From: Candidatus Nitrosotenuis sp.
GTDB lineage: Archaea > Thermoproteota > Nitrososphaeria > Nitrososphaerales > Nitrosopumilaceae
Reading direction: 5' to 3'
NCBI GenBank assembly: GCA_035559735.1
Contig: DATMAS010000001.1
Span: 50,187 to 114,186 of the forward strand
Length of the DNA: 64,000 nt
The position numbers were made by a program, and so were the translations under genes. Of the stretch, positions 29,747 to 38,807 are shown one piece after another; within the stretch, counting starts at the first letter, position 1, and every line of letters starts with the position of its first letter. Below the pieces are notes generated by a model. That model saw only the letters and a list, made by a program, of their open reading frames with translations, was not told where the DNA came from and made no database searches.

Positions 29747-29884
29747 CTATCGTCGTCTCTTTTTGCCTGACTTCGAAGCTTTTCGCTTTGCTGCTTTTCG
29801 CTTTGGTGCTTTCTTTGCTGCACTGCGCTTTACTGATTTCTTTGCAGCTTTGCGTTTAGCTTTCGATTTACGTTTAGTAGCCAT
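29747..29884 (-). CDS. 45-aa Lys/Arg/Ala-rich basic protein (histone H1/protamine-like; missed by ORF track)
   Basis: MATKRKSKAKRKAAKKSVKRSAAKKAPKRKAAKRKASKSGKKRRR*; 17 K + 8 R, no acidic residue; AT-rich upstream region. Confidence 0.8.
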   Translation of the reverse strand: MATKRKSKAKRKAAKKSVKRSAAKKAPKRKAAKRKASKSGKKRRR

Positions 29885-29999
29885 TAGAAAAAATAACTTG
29901 TACTTGTTTTTCTATAGTTAAACTAAACAAAATTACACCAAGTGATAATAAATTGTAAACGAATTTTTTGCAGAAATTTTTTTCTGATCGCAAAAATTT

Positions 30000-30176
30000 T
30001 CAATAAACACTTTCAGCTGATGGTCTTTTACCTTGCAACCAACTTGTGTGACCACAAATAGTGCATTTGTATTGTCTTCTGCGCTTGTATGTTGCAGTTT
30101 GAGGAAGAAAAACGATCACTTGCGTTGTTTTCATCATGCAAAATTTGCACCATCGGTTTTCAGTTTCTTGATCCAT
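30000..30176 (-). CDS. small basic zinc-ribbon protein
   Basis: WCKFC...YKRRRQYKCTICGH; likely start ATG 30176. Confidence 0.78.
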   Translation of the reverse strand: MDQETENRWCKFCMMKTTQVIVFLPQTATYKRRRQYKCTICGHTSWLQGKRPSAESVY

Positions 30177-30206
30177 AATCAATCTAAATTATACCACAAT
30201 TTTGCC

Positions 30207-31310
30207 TTATCGTGATTTGATTATTGTTAGGACATCTTCGTCTTCCAATATGTGTTGAAGGCCTACACGCTGGCCTCCAAATTTGACACTTTTGCCCCAA
30301 ACCAGTCCGTAGCGAAATTCTTTTTTCATGTTTCTGTGTAATTTGTTGCAAACGTCTTCAACAGTGGCATTTCTTCTAACGATTAATGGCTCCTTGTAAT
30401 CCGTCTCGCCTCCCTTGGGGCGCATGTAAATTCTAATAAAATCGAGTTTTTCGTAGATTTTTTCTTTTAGTAGATCCATGTTGATACCAGAATCGGCCGA
30501 GACTGGAATGACGTCGGACTTTACCTTTGCCTGTACCTCCTTTACAAATTTAGGGTCAACAAGGTCGATTTTATTGAGGACGGTAAGCGATTTGGCATAT
30601 TTTTTGTCGCCTGTGAGGTGGTCTACGAGTTGCTCTGATGTGATGTCTTCACGTATGACTACCCTGGCACTGGTTATGCCGTACAAGTGCAATATCTCTT
30701 TGAGTAGTTTTTCTGAAAGTGAAGTAAGCTTGGTTTGCTGCGCGATTGCAATGCCTCCAGTAGCAGCTTTTTCTATGACTATGTCGGGGGGTTTTTGATC
30801 AAGCCTTATTCCTATATTGCCAAGTTCTGTGCGTAAGACATTTTCGTGATACGGCTGAAAGACATCCAAAATCAAAATCACCAAATCGGCGCTTCGTGCA
30901 ACAGCTAGGATTCTTTTGCCAAGGCCTTTTCCTTTCGATGCGCCTTCTATGATGCCGGGCAAGTCCAATACCTGAATTCGTGCACCACGGTACTCAAGTA
31001 CCCCTGGCACTACTGTAAGTGTTGTGAATTGATACGCGCCTATGGCAGATCTTGAACCTGTTAGCTTGTTGAGCAGTGTTGATTTTCCGACGCTTGGCAG
31101 GCCTATGAATACTACTGTGGCATCACCGGTCCTTTTAATATCAAAACCGTCTGCACTGACACCACTCTTTTTTGTTTGAATTTTTTCTTGCTCGCGTCTC
31201 AGCTTGGCAATCTTTGCTTTTAGTAAGCCTATGTGGTGTTCAGTAGCTTTGTTGATCTGAGTTCGATGAATCTCGTCTTGGATGGCTTTGATTTTCTCAG
31301 GAATTCCCAT
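30207..31310 (-). CDS. DRG/Rbg1 family OBG GTPase with TGS domain
   Basis: NKATEHH, GLPSVGKST, DLPG, NKID, C-terminal TGS. Confidence 0.95.
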   Translation of the reverse strand: MGIPEKIKAIQDEIHRTQINKATEHHIGLLKAKIAKLRREQEKIQTKKSGVSADGFDIKRTGDATVVFIGLPSVGKSTLLNKLTGSRSAIGAYQFTTLTVVPGVLEYRGARIQVLDLPGIIEGASKGKGLGKRILAVARSADLVILILDVFQPYHENVLRTELGNIGIRLDQKPPDIVIEKAATGGIAIAQQTKLTSLSEKLLKEILHLYGITSARVVIREDITSEQLVDHLTGDKKYAKSLTVLNKIDLVDPKFVKEVQAKVKSDVIPVSADSGINMDLLKEKIYEKLDFIRIYMRPKGGETDYKEPLIVRRNATVEDVCNKLHRNMKKEFRYGLVWGKSVKFGGQRVGLQHILEDEDVLTIIKSR

Positions 31311-31375
31311 TGTCTTGAGAGTTGATTTTCTAAATAAAATCTTATTTGATTTTTATCTGGGTATGTAACAGTAAC

Positions 31376-32074
31376 TTGGTGAGACGAAAAACCTTTGCAA
31401 TAGACATAGATGGAACTCTGACTGAAAATGGAGGAGGCAGAATTCATCTTGGGGCACTTAACTCGTTGCGTCATCTTCGCAGGTTAGGCCACAATGTAAT
31501 CTTGGTCTCTGGCAGATCGTCAGTAGAAGGATATTTGTTGTCAGTCTATGGCGGATTGAACACTATGGCAGTGGGAGAAAACGGAGGTTGCATTACATAC
31601 GGTGCAAATGATCACATCTTGCTTGGCAATAAGACCAAATGTGTTGAAGCATTTGAACTGATACGCTCAAAACTAAGTGGAGTCAAAGAAAAACCAGTGT
31701 TCCCACGAATGACCGAAGTTGTTCTTGAAAGGACTTTTGATATGGCCGACGCACAAAAAATAATCCGCCAAGAAAAACTAGAGGTATCATTGTCAGACAG
31801 TCAATATGCGATCCACATAAACTCTGCTGGAATAAACAAGGCGGCTGGATTCAAGCAGGTGATGGCACGTCTGAATATCAACTACGAAGATGTCATCACA
31901 ATAGGCGATAGCGAAACGGATGTGCCACTCTTTGAGATTTCAAAGTACAGCATCGCAGTAGGGAATGCATCAGATGAAGTAAAGTCCAAGGCAAAAATGA
32001 CCACTTCGGCACATGCCGGTGATGGTGTTCTTGAAGCCTTGGATATGATCGCACCGATCTTGTCGGAGACATGA
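31376..32074 (+). CDS. phosphoglycolate phosphatase-like HAD (TA0175/Cof type)
   Basis: DIDGTLT, SGR, ENGG, GDSETD; start likely TTG/GTG 31376/31379. Confidence 0.88.
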   Translation: MVRRKTFAIDIDGTLTENGGGRIHLGALNSLRHLRRLGHNVILVSGRSSVEGYLLSVYGGLNTMAVGENGGCITYGANDHILLGNKTKCVEAFELIRSKLSGVKEKPVFPRMTEVVLERTFDMADAQKIIRQEKLEVSLSDSQYAIHINSAGINKAAGFKQVMARLNINYEDVITIGDSETDVPLFEISKYSIAVGNASDEVKSKAKMTTSAHAGDGVLEALDMIAPILSET

Positions 32075-32075
32075 T

Positions 32076-33953
32076 ATGAGCTTTAAGGTCTTACTTGATG
32101 AGATTAGAAGACATCTTTCTGAAATAGTCAAGGAGGAAAAACTTGACGATGTTGATTTTGTACTAGAGCCAGCAAAAGAGGGGTTCGGTGACGTCACATG
32201 CAACATTGCATTTTTGGCGGCAAAAACACTTAAGAAAAAACCGTATGATATAGCAAAATCGCTGCAAACAAAGTATGAAAAATTCTCAAGTAATCTTGTC
32301 AGCAAAGTGGAAGCTCATCCATCTGGATATCTGAATTTTTACGCAAACAACGAAAAATTATCCAAACTGATCATCACTGCTTCGCAAAAAGATGATTATG
32401 GTTCAATAGATGTAGGCAAAAAGTCAAGCGTTGTAGTAGAACACACAAGCGTCAATCCCAACAAAGCACTGCATATAGGACATGTAAGAAATGTAGTAAT
32501 CGGAGATTCGATTGTGAGAATACTCACCAAAGCAAATTATGACGTCAAGACACTCAATTATGTAGATGATTCAGGCCTGCAGGTGGCAGATATCTTGCTT
32601 GGCTTCAAATATCTTGGGTTTTCGGAGACTCCAGAAAGGGGGCAAAAATTCGATCAGTACTGTGGTGACGTAGTATATGTAAAAACTACAGAAAGATACG
32701 CAAACGAGCCTGCCTTGGAAGAAAAAAGAAAAGAGATTCTAAAAGAACTGGAAGACGGCAAGTCAGAGATGGCAGAGTTTGCCAAGCGCATAACAAACAG
32801 AGTTTTAGAGGATCAGCTCAGAACATGCTGGAGGCTTGGGGCGTATTATGATTGCCTGAATTTTGAATCTGAGATAGTTCGCTCAAAGCTGTGGTCGCAG
32901 GTGTTTGACAAACTAAAAACAATGGACCTGATCAGATTTGAAAAAGAAGGAAAAAACAAGGGCTGCTGGGTCATCCCAGCTGACGGCGAAGAAGACAAGG
33001 TTTTGGTACGCAGCAACGGCACCGCAACATACATTGCCAAAGACATTCCCTACGCAGCATGGAAACTTGGCATGTTAGAGGATCCATTTTATTACAAAAA
33101 ATACTCTGTTCAGGCAAACAACAAGGTTCTCTGGCAGACAACTCTTGAAAAAAATAACGAACCAAAGCACAATTTCACAGCAAATAAAGTGATCACTGTG
33201 ATTGACTCAAGACAAGCAAGACTACAAAACATAATAACAAAACTAATTTCAAAATTTGCAGAAAACAAACAATACATACACCTAAGCTACGAGTCTGTCA
33301 CATTAAGCCCTGATACTGCCAGGCAGCTTGGTGTTGACACCAAAGGAAAAAGTGCCCAGATGTCTGGCAGAAAAGGGCTGTACGTCAACGCTGACTCGAT
33401 ACTTGATGATCTTGAGAAAAAGACGCTCCAAGAAACACAAAAACGAAATCCGGACATGGATGAGGCTGAACTCAAAGATGTTGCAAAAAAGGTCGCAGTC
33501 GCGACACTGCGATACGAAATGGCAAAACAGGATCTCGACAAAATAATTACATTTGATGCTACCAAGTCACTAAGCCTTGAGGGAGACACCGCTTCTTACA
33601 TACAGTATGCATATGCAAGGGCTATGAGAATAATTGAGAAATCAAATACAAAGCCTGATTTTGATGCATCATACGGCCTACTTTCAGGGCCATACGAAGC
33701 AAGCTTAATTCGCTTGATGGGGAAATTTGATTTGAACGTTCAAGACGCCGCAAAGAATCTCTCACCCAAAGTAATTGCAAAGTATTGTTATTCTCTGGCA
33801 GTATCGTTTAACGCCTTTTATGAGCACGAGCGAGTCTTGGATGTGGCCGACAAAGACTTGGCAGCAGCAAGGTTATGCCTTGTACATGCTTTCAAATCCT
33901 GCCTTGAAAAAGCACTGGCGCTCATAGGCATAGAGGCGCCAGTAAGAATGTAG
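32076..33953 (+). CDS. argS: arginyl-tRNA synthetase
   Basis: SVNPNKALHIGH, MSGRKG, YIQYAYAR, DALR-type C-terminus. Confidence 0.97.
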   Translation: MSFKVLLDEIRRHLSEIVKEEKLDDVDFVLEPAKEGFGDVTCNIAFLAAKTLKKKPYDIAKSLQTKYEKFSSNLVSKVEAHPSGYLNFYANNEKLSKLIITASQKDDYGSIDVGKKSSVVVEHTSVNPNKALHIGHVRNVVIGDSIVRILTKANYDVKTLNYVDDSGLQVADILLGFKYLGFSETPERGQKFDQYCGDVVYVKTTERYANEPALEEKRKEILKELEDGKSEMAEFAKRITNRVLEDQLRTCWRLGAYYDCLNFESEIVRSKLWSQVFDKLKTMDLIRFEKEGKNKGCWVIPADGEEDKVLVRSNGTATYIAKDIPYAAWKLGMLEDPFYYKKYSVQANNKVLWQTTLEKNNEPKHNFTANKVITVIDSRQARLQNIITKLISKFAENKQYIHLSYESVTLSPDTARQLGVDTKGKSAQMSGRKGLYVNADSILDDLEKKTLQETQKRNPDMDEAELKDVAKKVAVATLRYEMAKQDLDKIITFDATKSLSLEGDTASYIQYAYARAMRIIEKSNTKPDFDASYGLLSGPYEASLIRLMGKFDLNVQDAAKNLSPKVIAKYCYSLAVSFNAFYEHERVLDVADKDLAAARLCLVHAFKSCLEKALALIGIEAPVRM

Positions 33954-34015
33954 TTACGTTTGTTTACTTTAAACAAACTAGGGGATAATATCGGATGTGA
34001 GAAAAATGAAACAAC

Positions 34016-34174
34016 ATGAACCAGTTTTGCACGTCTAAGCTACAGTGTAATCTGTGCAATAAATTGCTCAAAATTGAGGAAGGCACTGTGCTGTATGGTA
34101 AAAGCTGGTACCACAACGGTTGCTGGCAAAATTGGCTAAAAGGTGATTTTTATGGTAAAAGTAATAGTCATTGA
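34016..34174 (+). CDS. 52-aa C3H zinc-finger microprotein (half-LIM-like; missed by ORF track)
   Basis: MNQFCTSKLQCNLCNKLLKIEEGTVLYGKSWYHNGCWQNWLKGDFYGKSNSH*; CxxC-x18-H-xx-C; same motif at N-terminus of GT2 48877; overlaps next gene start. Confidence 0.75.
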   Translation: MNQFCTSKLQCNLCNKLLKIEEGTVLYGKSWYHNGCWQNWLKGDFYGKSNSH

Positions 34175-34532
34175 CGACGATGTCGACACAGTAGAGGTTT
34201 TTTCTGAGTATCTGGAAATTAAAGACATAACTGTTCTTGGTCGGGGCTACAATGGCAAGACCGCAGTAGAACTCTATGAACAGCTGAGGCCTGACATTGT
34301 ACTCTTGGATGTGATGATGCCTGAATACGACGGATTTTTCGGCCTTGAAAACATCAAAAAGATAAACCCAAGTGCCAAAGTGATCATGGTTACAGCAGAT
34401 CTGACGTACGACACAGAAAAAAGATTAAAGGAACTCAATGCGTCGGCAATAATTTACAAACCATACGAAATTGATAGCGTCATAGATGTAATACAACGAG
34501 TCTACAAGGGCGAAGTCATAGTGCAGCAATGA
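34152..34532 (+). CDS. stand-alone response regulator receiver
   Basis: IDDD, LLDVMMP, VTA, KPY. Confidence 0.93.
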   Translation: MVKVIVIDDDVDTVEVFSEYLEIKDITVLGRGYNGKTAVELYEQLRPDIVLLDVMMPEYDGFFGLENIKKINPSAKVIMVTADLTYDTEKRLKELNASAIIYKPYEIDSVIDVIQRVYKGEVIVQQ

Positions 34533-34571
34533 CGCAACAAACGCTATAAATCCGTCCCAATCATAATAAGT

Positions 34572-35069
34572 ATGCGAATACTGATTGCCGACGACGAACC
34601 GGACCTTCTCTCCCAATACAAAACAGTACTGGAGGACAGAGAACACGAAGTCGTCACGACTGATGATGGTGAGTCATGCGTCGATGTTTATGCGAAAGAA
34701 TATGCCGCAAGTTCTGAAAATGCCTTTGACGCCGTAGTTCTCGATTACTCCATGCCAAAAATGAATGGCCTTGACGCAGCAAAGGAAATACTGGCATTAA
34801 ACCCATCGCAGAGAATAATTTTCGCATCTGCATACGTGCAAGAAACACTGGTGGATTCAATAAAAAATCTAAAACAGATAGTGGAGCTATTGCAAAAACC
34901 GTTTGGACTTCAAGACCTAATTGACACAATCGAAGACAAAACAATTTACGATGAGCTTGCAAAACTAAACGTGAATATACAAAACCTCAAGGATCTAAAT
35001 CCTACACACGCACAAATTCGTGATTACCTTGACGCGTTAAGAAAGATCCAAAAAGCAAAGACCTTCTAG
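34572..35069 (+). CDS. response regulator: receiver plus ~40-aa helical output domain
   Basis: ADDE, VLDYSMP, FASA, KPF, then TIYDELAKLNVNIQNLKDLNPTHAQIRDYLDALRK. Confidence 0.92.
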   Translation: MRILIADDEPDLLSQYKTVLEDREHEVVTTDDGESCVDVYAKEYAASSENAFDAVVLDYSMPKMNGLDAAKEILALNPSQRIIFASAYVQETLVDSIKNLKQIVELLQKPFGLQDLIDTIEDKTIYDELAKLNVNIQNLKDLNPTHAQIRDYLDALRKIQKAKTF

Positions 35070-35103
35070 ATAGGTTCTTATCCAAAACACAAAATGCCAA
35101 TTT

Positions 35104-35898
35104 ATGGCAAAGATAAAGAATAACTCGTATGTTTTGTTTTTTTATAATGATTCTAAAAAATGGCTAAACAAAATATCCAAAGATCAAGTATTGCACACCC
35201 ACGTGGGTGTAATAAAGCACAAAGATGCAATTGGAAAGGAATTTGGGAGCAGAATCAGAACCAACAAGGACAAGTACGTCTACTTGCTTGAGCCAACCAT
35301 ACATGATTTTGTAATGAAAAGCCAGCACGGTACCCAGATTGTTTACCCAAAAGACCTAGGCTATATTGCAGCGAGGGCAGGTGTGCAAAGTGGGCAAACT
35401 GTGGTGGAGATAGGTACGGGTAGCGGCGCACTCACTACGTTTTTGGCAAGCCTCGTCAAACCACGCGGGCATGTATACACATTTGATGTAGAGCCGCAGT
35501 TCATGGAAATTGCCAAAAAAAACATCACCAAGGCAGGCATGCTCAAGTATGTCACCATGCACAATCTGGACATCAAAACGGCCAAAAAAATGCCACTCGC
35601 TGATGCAGATCTGGCAGTAGTGGATTTGGGGGATCCTTGGACTGTGGTGCCACAAGTGCGCAAGATGCTCAAGGGTAGTGGGGCGTTTGTAGCGATTTGT
35701 CCGACAATGAATCAGCTAGAAAAACTCACCGCCTCATTAGTCGAAAATGAGTTCACGGATATTGAGTGTAGTGAGCACATATTGAGGACCATTGAGGCAC
35801 GAGAAGGAAAGACAAGACACTCCTTTTATGGCATTGGACATACTACCTACCTGGCGTTTGCAAGAAAGGCTTTCTACGACAGAAAGCAAACAGCCTAG
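35104..35898 (+). CDS. trmI: tRNA (adenine-N1)-methyltransferase
   Basis: TQIVYPKD, EIGTGSGALT, DLGDPW, GHTTYL. Confidence 0.94.
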   Translation: MAKIKNNSYVLFFYNDSKKWLNKISKDQVLHTHVGVIKHKDAIGKEFGSRIRTNKDKYVYLLEPTIHDFVMKSQHGTQIVYPKDLGYIAARAGVQSGQTVVEIGTGSGALTTFLASLVKPRGHVYTFDVEPQFMEIAKKNITKAGMLKYVTMHNLDIKTAKKMPLADADLAVVDLGDPWTVVPQVRKMLKGSGAFVAICPTMNQLEKLTASLVENEFTDIECSEHILRTIEAREGKTRHSFYGIGHTTYLAFARKAFYDRKQTA

Positions 35899-35977
35899 GC
35901 TCAAGTGGCGTGTTTGTGCGTTGTGCACAGACACAATCTAATAGTCTTTTTATGCGTGCAACAAACTTAGACGTGAT

Positions 35978-36523
35978 TTGCTGTCTCAATCCAAAAAGTC
36001 CGAAAAATCTGTAGTCACAGATCTGACCAGGGCGCGAAGAAACCTTGATAATTTTGGCACAATAAACCCAGAAAACCACATCACCAAAGCAGATTTGTTA
36101 AAGCTCGGAGTCGGAGATGACATACGCAAACTAAAAGCAATCCAGCGTGAAAAATTACTTGAGGATCTCTCATCACTTCTAAATGACAAAATTCGTGATT
36201 TAGAAAAACATGAGCAGGAACAAAAATGGAAAGAGACTGTCTTGCTAAGGCTCAACACTGAACTAGATGAAAAAATTGCACAGCTTGAGCACGCAAACAA
36301 ACAACTTGCAGAGGAAAAAGCTCGCTCCGACGACCTAAACAAACAGTTACAAGAGACATTGTTAAAACTGCAAAAATCAGAAGAACAACTCAAACTCGAG
36401 AGAGATTGGTTGGCACAACAAGTCGAAACCAAATCAAAAGAGGTTCTCGAAACAATAAGAGAGATGATCAAGGATGCAGAAAAACAAGAAAATGACGCCT
36501 CAAGCAAACAGAAGAAAATTTAA
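35978..36523 (+). CDS. coiled-coil hypothetical protein
   Basis: Long E/K/L/Q heptad-rich sequence. Confidence 0.7.
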   Translation: MLSQSKKSEKSVVTDLTRARRNLDNFGTINPENHITKADLLKLGVGDDIRKLKAIQREKLLEDLSSLLNDKIRDLEKHEQEQKWKETVLLRLNTELDEKIAQLEHANKQLAEEKARSDDLNKQLQETLLKLQKSEEQLKLERDWLAQQVETKSKEVLETIREMIKDAEKQENDASSKQKKI

Positions 36524-36547
36524 CCACACGTATTCTTTGTAAAAACA

Positions 36548-37411
36548 GTGGCACAAAAGTTACAAGCGACATTAATTAGGAAATTCATTCCACCACGAAA
36601 GCCTGATTCACGCAAGGGTCAAAATGGCAAGGTTCTGGTAGTGGGTGGCAGCTACATGTATCACGGAGCACCTGTGCTTGCCTCACTTGCTGCACTGCGG
36701 TCAGGCGTTGATCTTGTTTACACTGCGGTTCCAAAAATAATTACTTCATCGGTGAGGGCCATTTCACCAAACTTGATTGTAATCCCACTAGTGGATGCCA
36801 AGCTGACGCGAGGGGCTGTAAACAAACTCTTAGGCCAAATTCCACCAGATCTCGACTCTGCAACAATAGGAATGGGTCTTGCTGTGGGCGACGAGGAAGC
36901 GCTTAAAATTTTGATAAATTCTCTTGTTTCGCAAGATGTCAGGCTTTCACTTGACGCAAGTGCGCTTGTGCACAACATACTTCCATTATTGCCTGACAAA
37001 AACATCGTATTGACGCCTCATGCAGGCGAATTCAAGAGGCTTTTCGGAGTAATGCCGCCTGCCTCAATAAAAGAAAGGGCAACAATTGTCACAAAATTTG
37101 CAAAAGACAATGCGGTGACGATTCTTCTAAAAGGAAGCACCGACGTCATATCCAACGGCAAACAAACTTTTGTTAACCCAAAAAATCTCGCAGCAATGAC
37201 CGTTGGTGGCACAGGTGATGTTCTTTCTGGTCTGGTAGCTGGAATCTTGGCAAAGAATCGCAATTCGATCGAGTCGGCAGCAGCCGCAGCATACGTCAAC
37301 GGGTTAGCAGGACGATTAGTGCAAAAAAAGAACGGCCTGCACATGATGTCAACTGACTTGATTGAAGCCATCCCGACAGTTATGAAACCATTTGACAAAG
37401 TGATACGATGA
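36548..37411 (+). CDS. nnrD: ADP-dependent NAD(P)H-hydrate dehydratase
   Basis: SRKGQNG..LVVGGS, LDA, LTPHAGEF, GGTGDVLSG. Confidence 0.94.
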   Translation: MAQKLQATLIRKFIPPRKPDSRKGQNGKVLVVGGSYMYHGAPVLASLAALRSGVDLVYTAVPKIITSSVRAISPNLIVIPLVDAKLTRGAVNKLLGQIPPDLDSATIGMGLAVGDEEALKILINSLVSQDVRLSLDASALVHNILPLLPDKNIVLTPHAGEFKRLFGVMPPASIKERATIVTKFAKDNAVTILLKGSTDVISNGKQTFVNPKNLAAMTVGGTGDVLSGLVAGILAKNRNSIESAAAAAYVNGLAGRLVQKKNGLHMMSTDLIEAIPTVMKPFDKVIR

Positions 37412-38763
37412 ACAAAGTTCTCAGATATGTTGACAGGAACATGAGCAGACTGGTCTCGGATCTACAGACACTCATAAGGCAACCAAGTGTGTCTGCAAAA
37501 AATCAGGGAATTGAGCAATGCGCCACACTTGTCAGTCGGCTTCTCAAAAAATCTGGAATATCATCGGAGATTCTCAGACTCAAAGGCGTTGCGCCGCTTG
37601 TATATGGCGAAGTCAAGTCAAAAAAGAACCCAAACAAAACACTTCTCTTTTACAATCACTATGATGTCCAACCAGTTGAGCCTCTTGAATTGTGGGACGA
37701 TGATCCATTTAGCGGCAAGGTCAAAGGCAACAAGATCTTTGGACGCGGTTCCGCAGATGACAAAGGCGAATTGATAACGAGAATAAAGGCAGTAGAGGCA
37801 TTCTTAAAAGAGACTGGGGATGTGCCGTGCAACATCAAGTTTGTGATCGAAGGTGAGGAAGAAGTAGGAAGTACCAACATAGGCCGCTACCTTGAAAAAT
37901 TCAAAAAAAAATTCGCATGTGATGCAGTGATCTGGGAGTTTGGCTACGTTGATTCAAAGAATCGACCAATCATTGGTCTTGGCATGAAAGGACTACTTTA
38001 TGTGGAGCTGTCTGCAAAAGAGTCAATCAGGGATGCGCATTCTAGTCTTGCGGTAATAATAAAAAATCCAGCATGGCGCCTCATTGAAGCACTAAAAACA
38101 CTACGTGATGGCTCAGGACGAATACTGATAAAAGACTGGTACAAGGAAGTCGTTCCTTTTACCAAATCCGATATCAAATTGCTTCAAAGAGAACCATTTG
38201 ACGAAAGTGGCTTTAAGGCAGAATATGGCATACGTGAATTTGTAAATGCAAAAAAGGGGCTAGCTGTGAAAAAAGCACTTGCGGGTGACCCTACTTGTAA
38301 TATAGCAGGCATTGTGTCGGGTTACACGATGGAAGGAGCAAAGACGGTGCTTCCGGCCTCAGCGCTTGTAAAAATTGATTTTAGGTTGGTGCCAAAAATG
38401 GATCCAAAAAGACAGCTTGCAAGGCTCAAAAAGCACCTCAGACAAAAAGGATTCTCCGACATCAAAGTAAAGGTATTCCACGGAGAGGCTGCAGCAAGAA
38501 CCGATCCAAACGATCCGTTCGTGGCCCAAGTGCAAGATGCTGCAAAGAGATCCTTTGGGGATTACATCATCAATGTTTCAAATGCGGGTACTGGCCCCAT
38601 GTACTCGTTTGTCAACATACTAAGGGCACCATGCATATCGATCGGCTCAACTTACATGTTCGCTCGAATTCACTCCCCAAATGAATTTGCGAGAATCGAT
38701 CTACTCAAAAAAACGACAAAATGTATGTGCCTGATCATTGACAACTTTTCTAGGCACGCGTGA
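37408..38763 (+). CDS. M20/M25/M40 metallopeptidase (dipeptidase-like)
   Basis: HYDVQP, GRGSADDKG, EGEEEVGS, IHSPNE. Confidence 0.93.
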   Translation: MNKVLRYVDRNMSRLVSDLQTLIRQPSVSAKNQGIEQCATLVSRLLKKSGISSEILRLKGVAPLVYGEVKSKKNPNKTLLFYNHYDVQPVEPLELWDDDPFSGKVKGNKIFGRGSADDKGELITRIKAVEAFLKETGDVPCNIKFVIEGEEEVGSTNIGRYLEKFKKKFACDAVIWEFGYVDSKNRPIIGLGMKGLLYVELSAKESIRDAHSSLAVIIKNPAWRLIEALKTLRDGSGRILIKDWYKEVVPFTKSDIKLLQREPFDESGFKAEYGIREFVNAKKGLAVKKALAGDPTCNIAGIVSGYTMEGAKTVLPASALVKIDFRLVPKMDPKRQLARLKKHLRQKGFSDIKVKVFHGEAAARTDPNDPFVAQVQDAAKRSFGDYIINVSNAGTGPMYSFVNILRAPCISIGSTYMFARIHSPNEFARIDLLKKTTKCMCLIIDNFSRHA

Positions 38764-38807
38764 TCAGGTTGAAAAGACTTTAATGCGTCTCAAAGGGAGG
38801 TTTGATC

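Noticed and set aside
35978-36523. Possible further copy of the RR output motif (ADLLKLGV) here and at the end of ORF 48047 (NELKKLGI)
   Set aside because: Only a generic amphipathic helix match; the LK.L.PT core is absent
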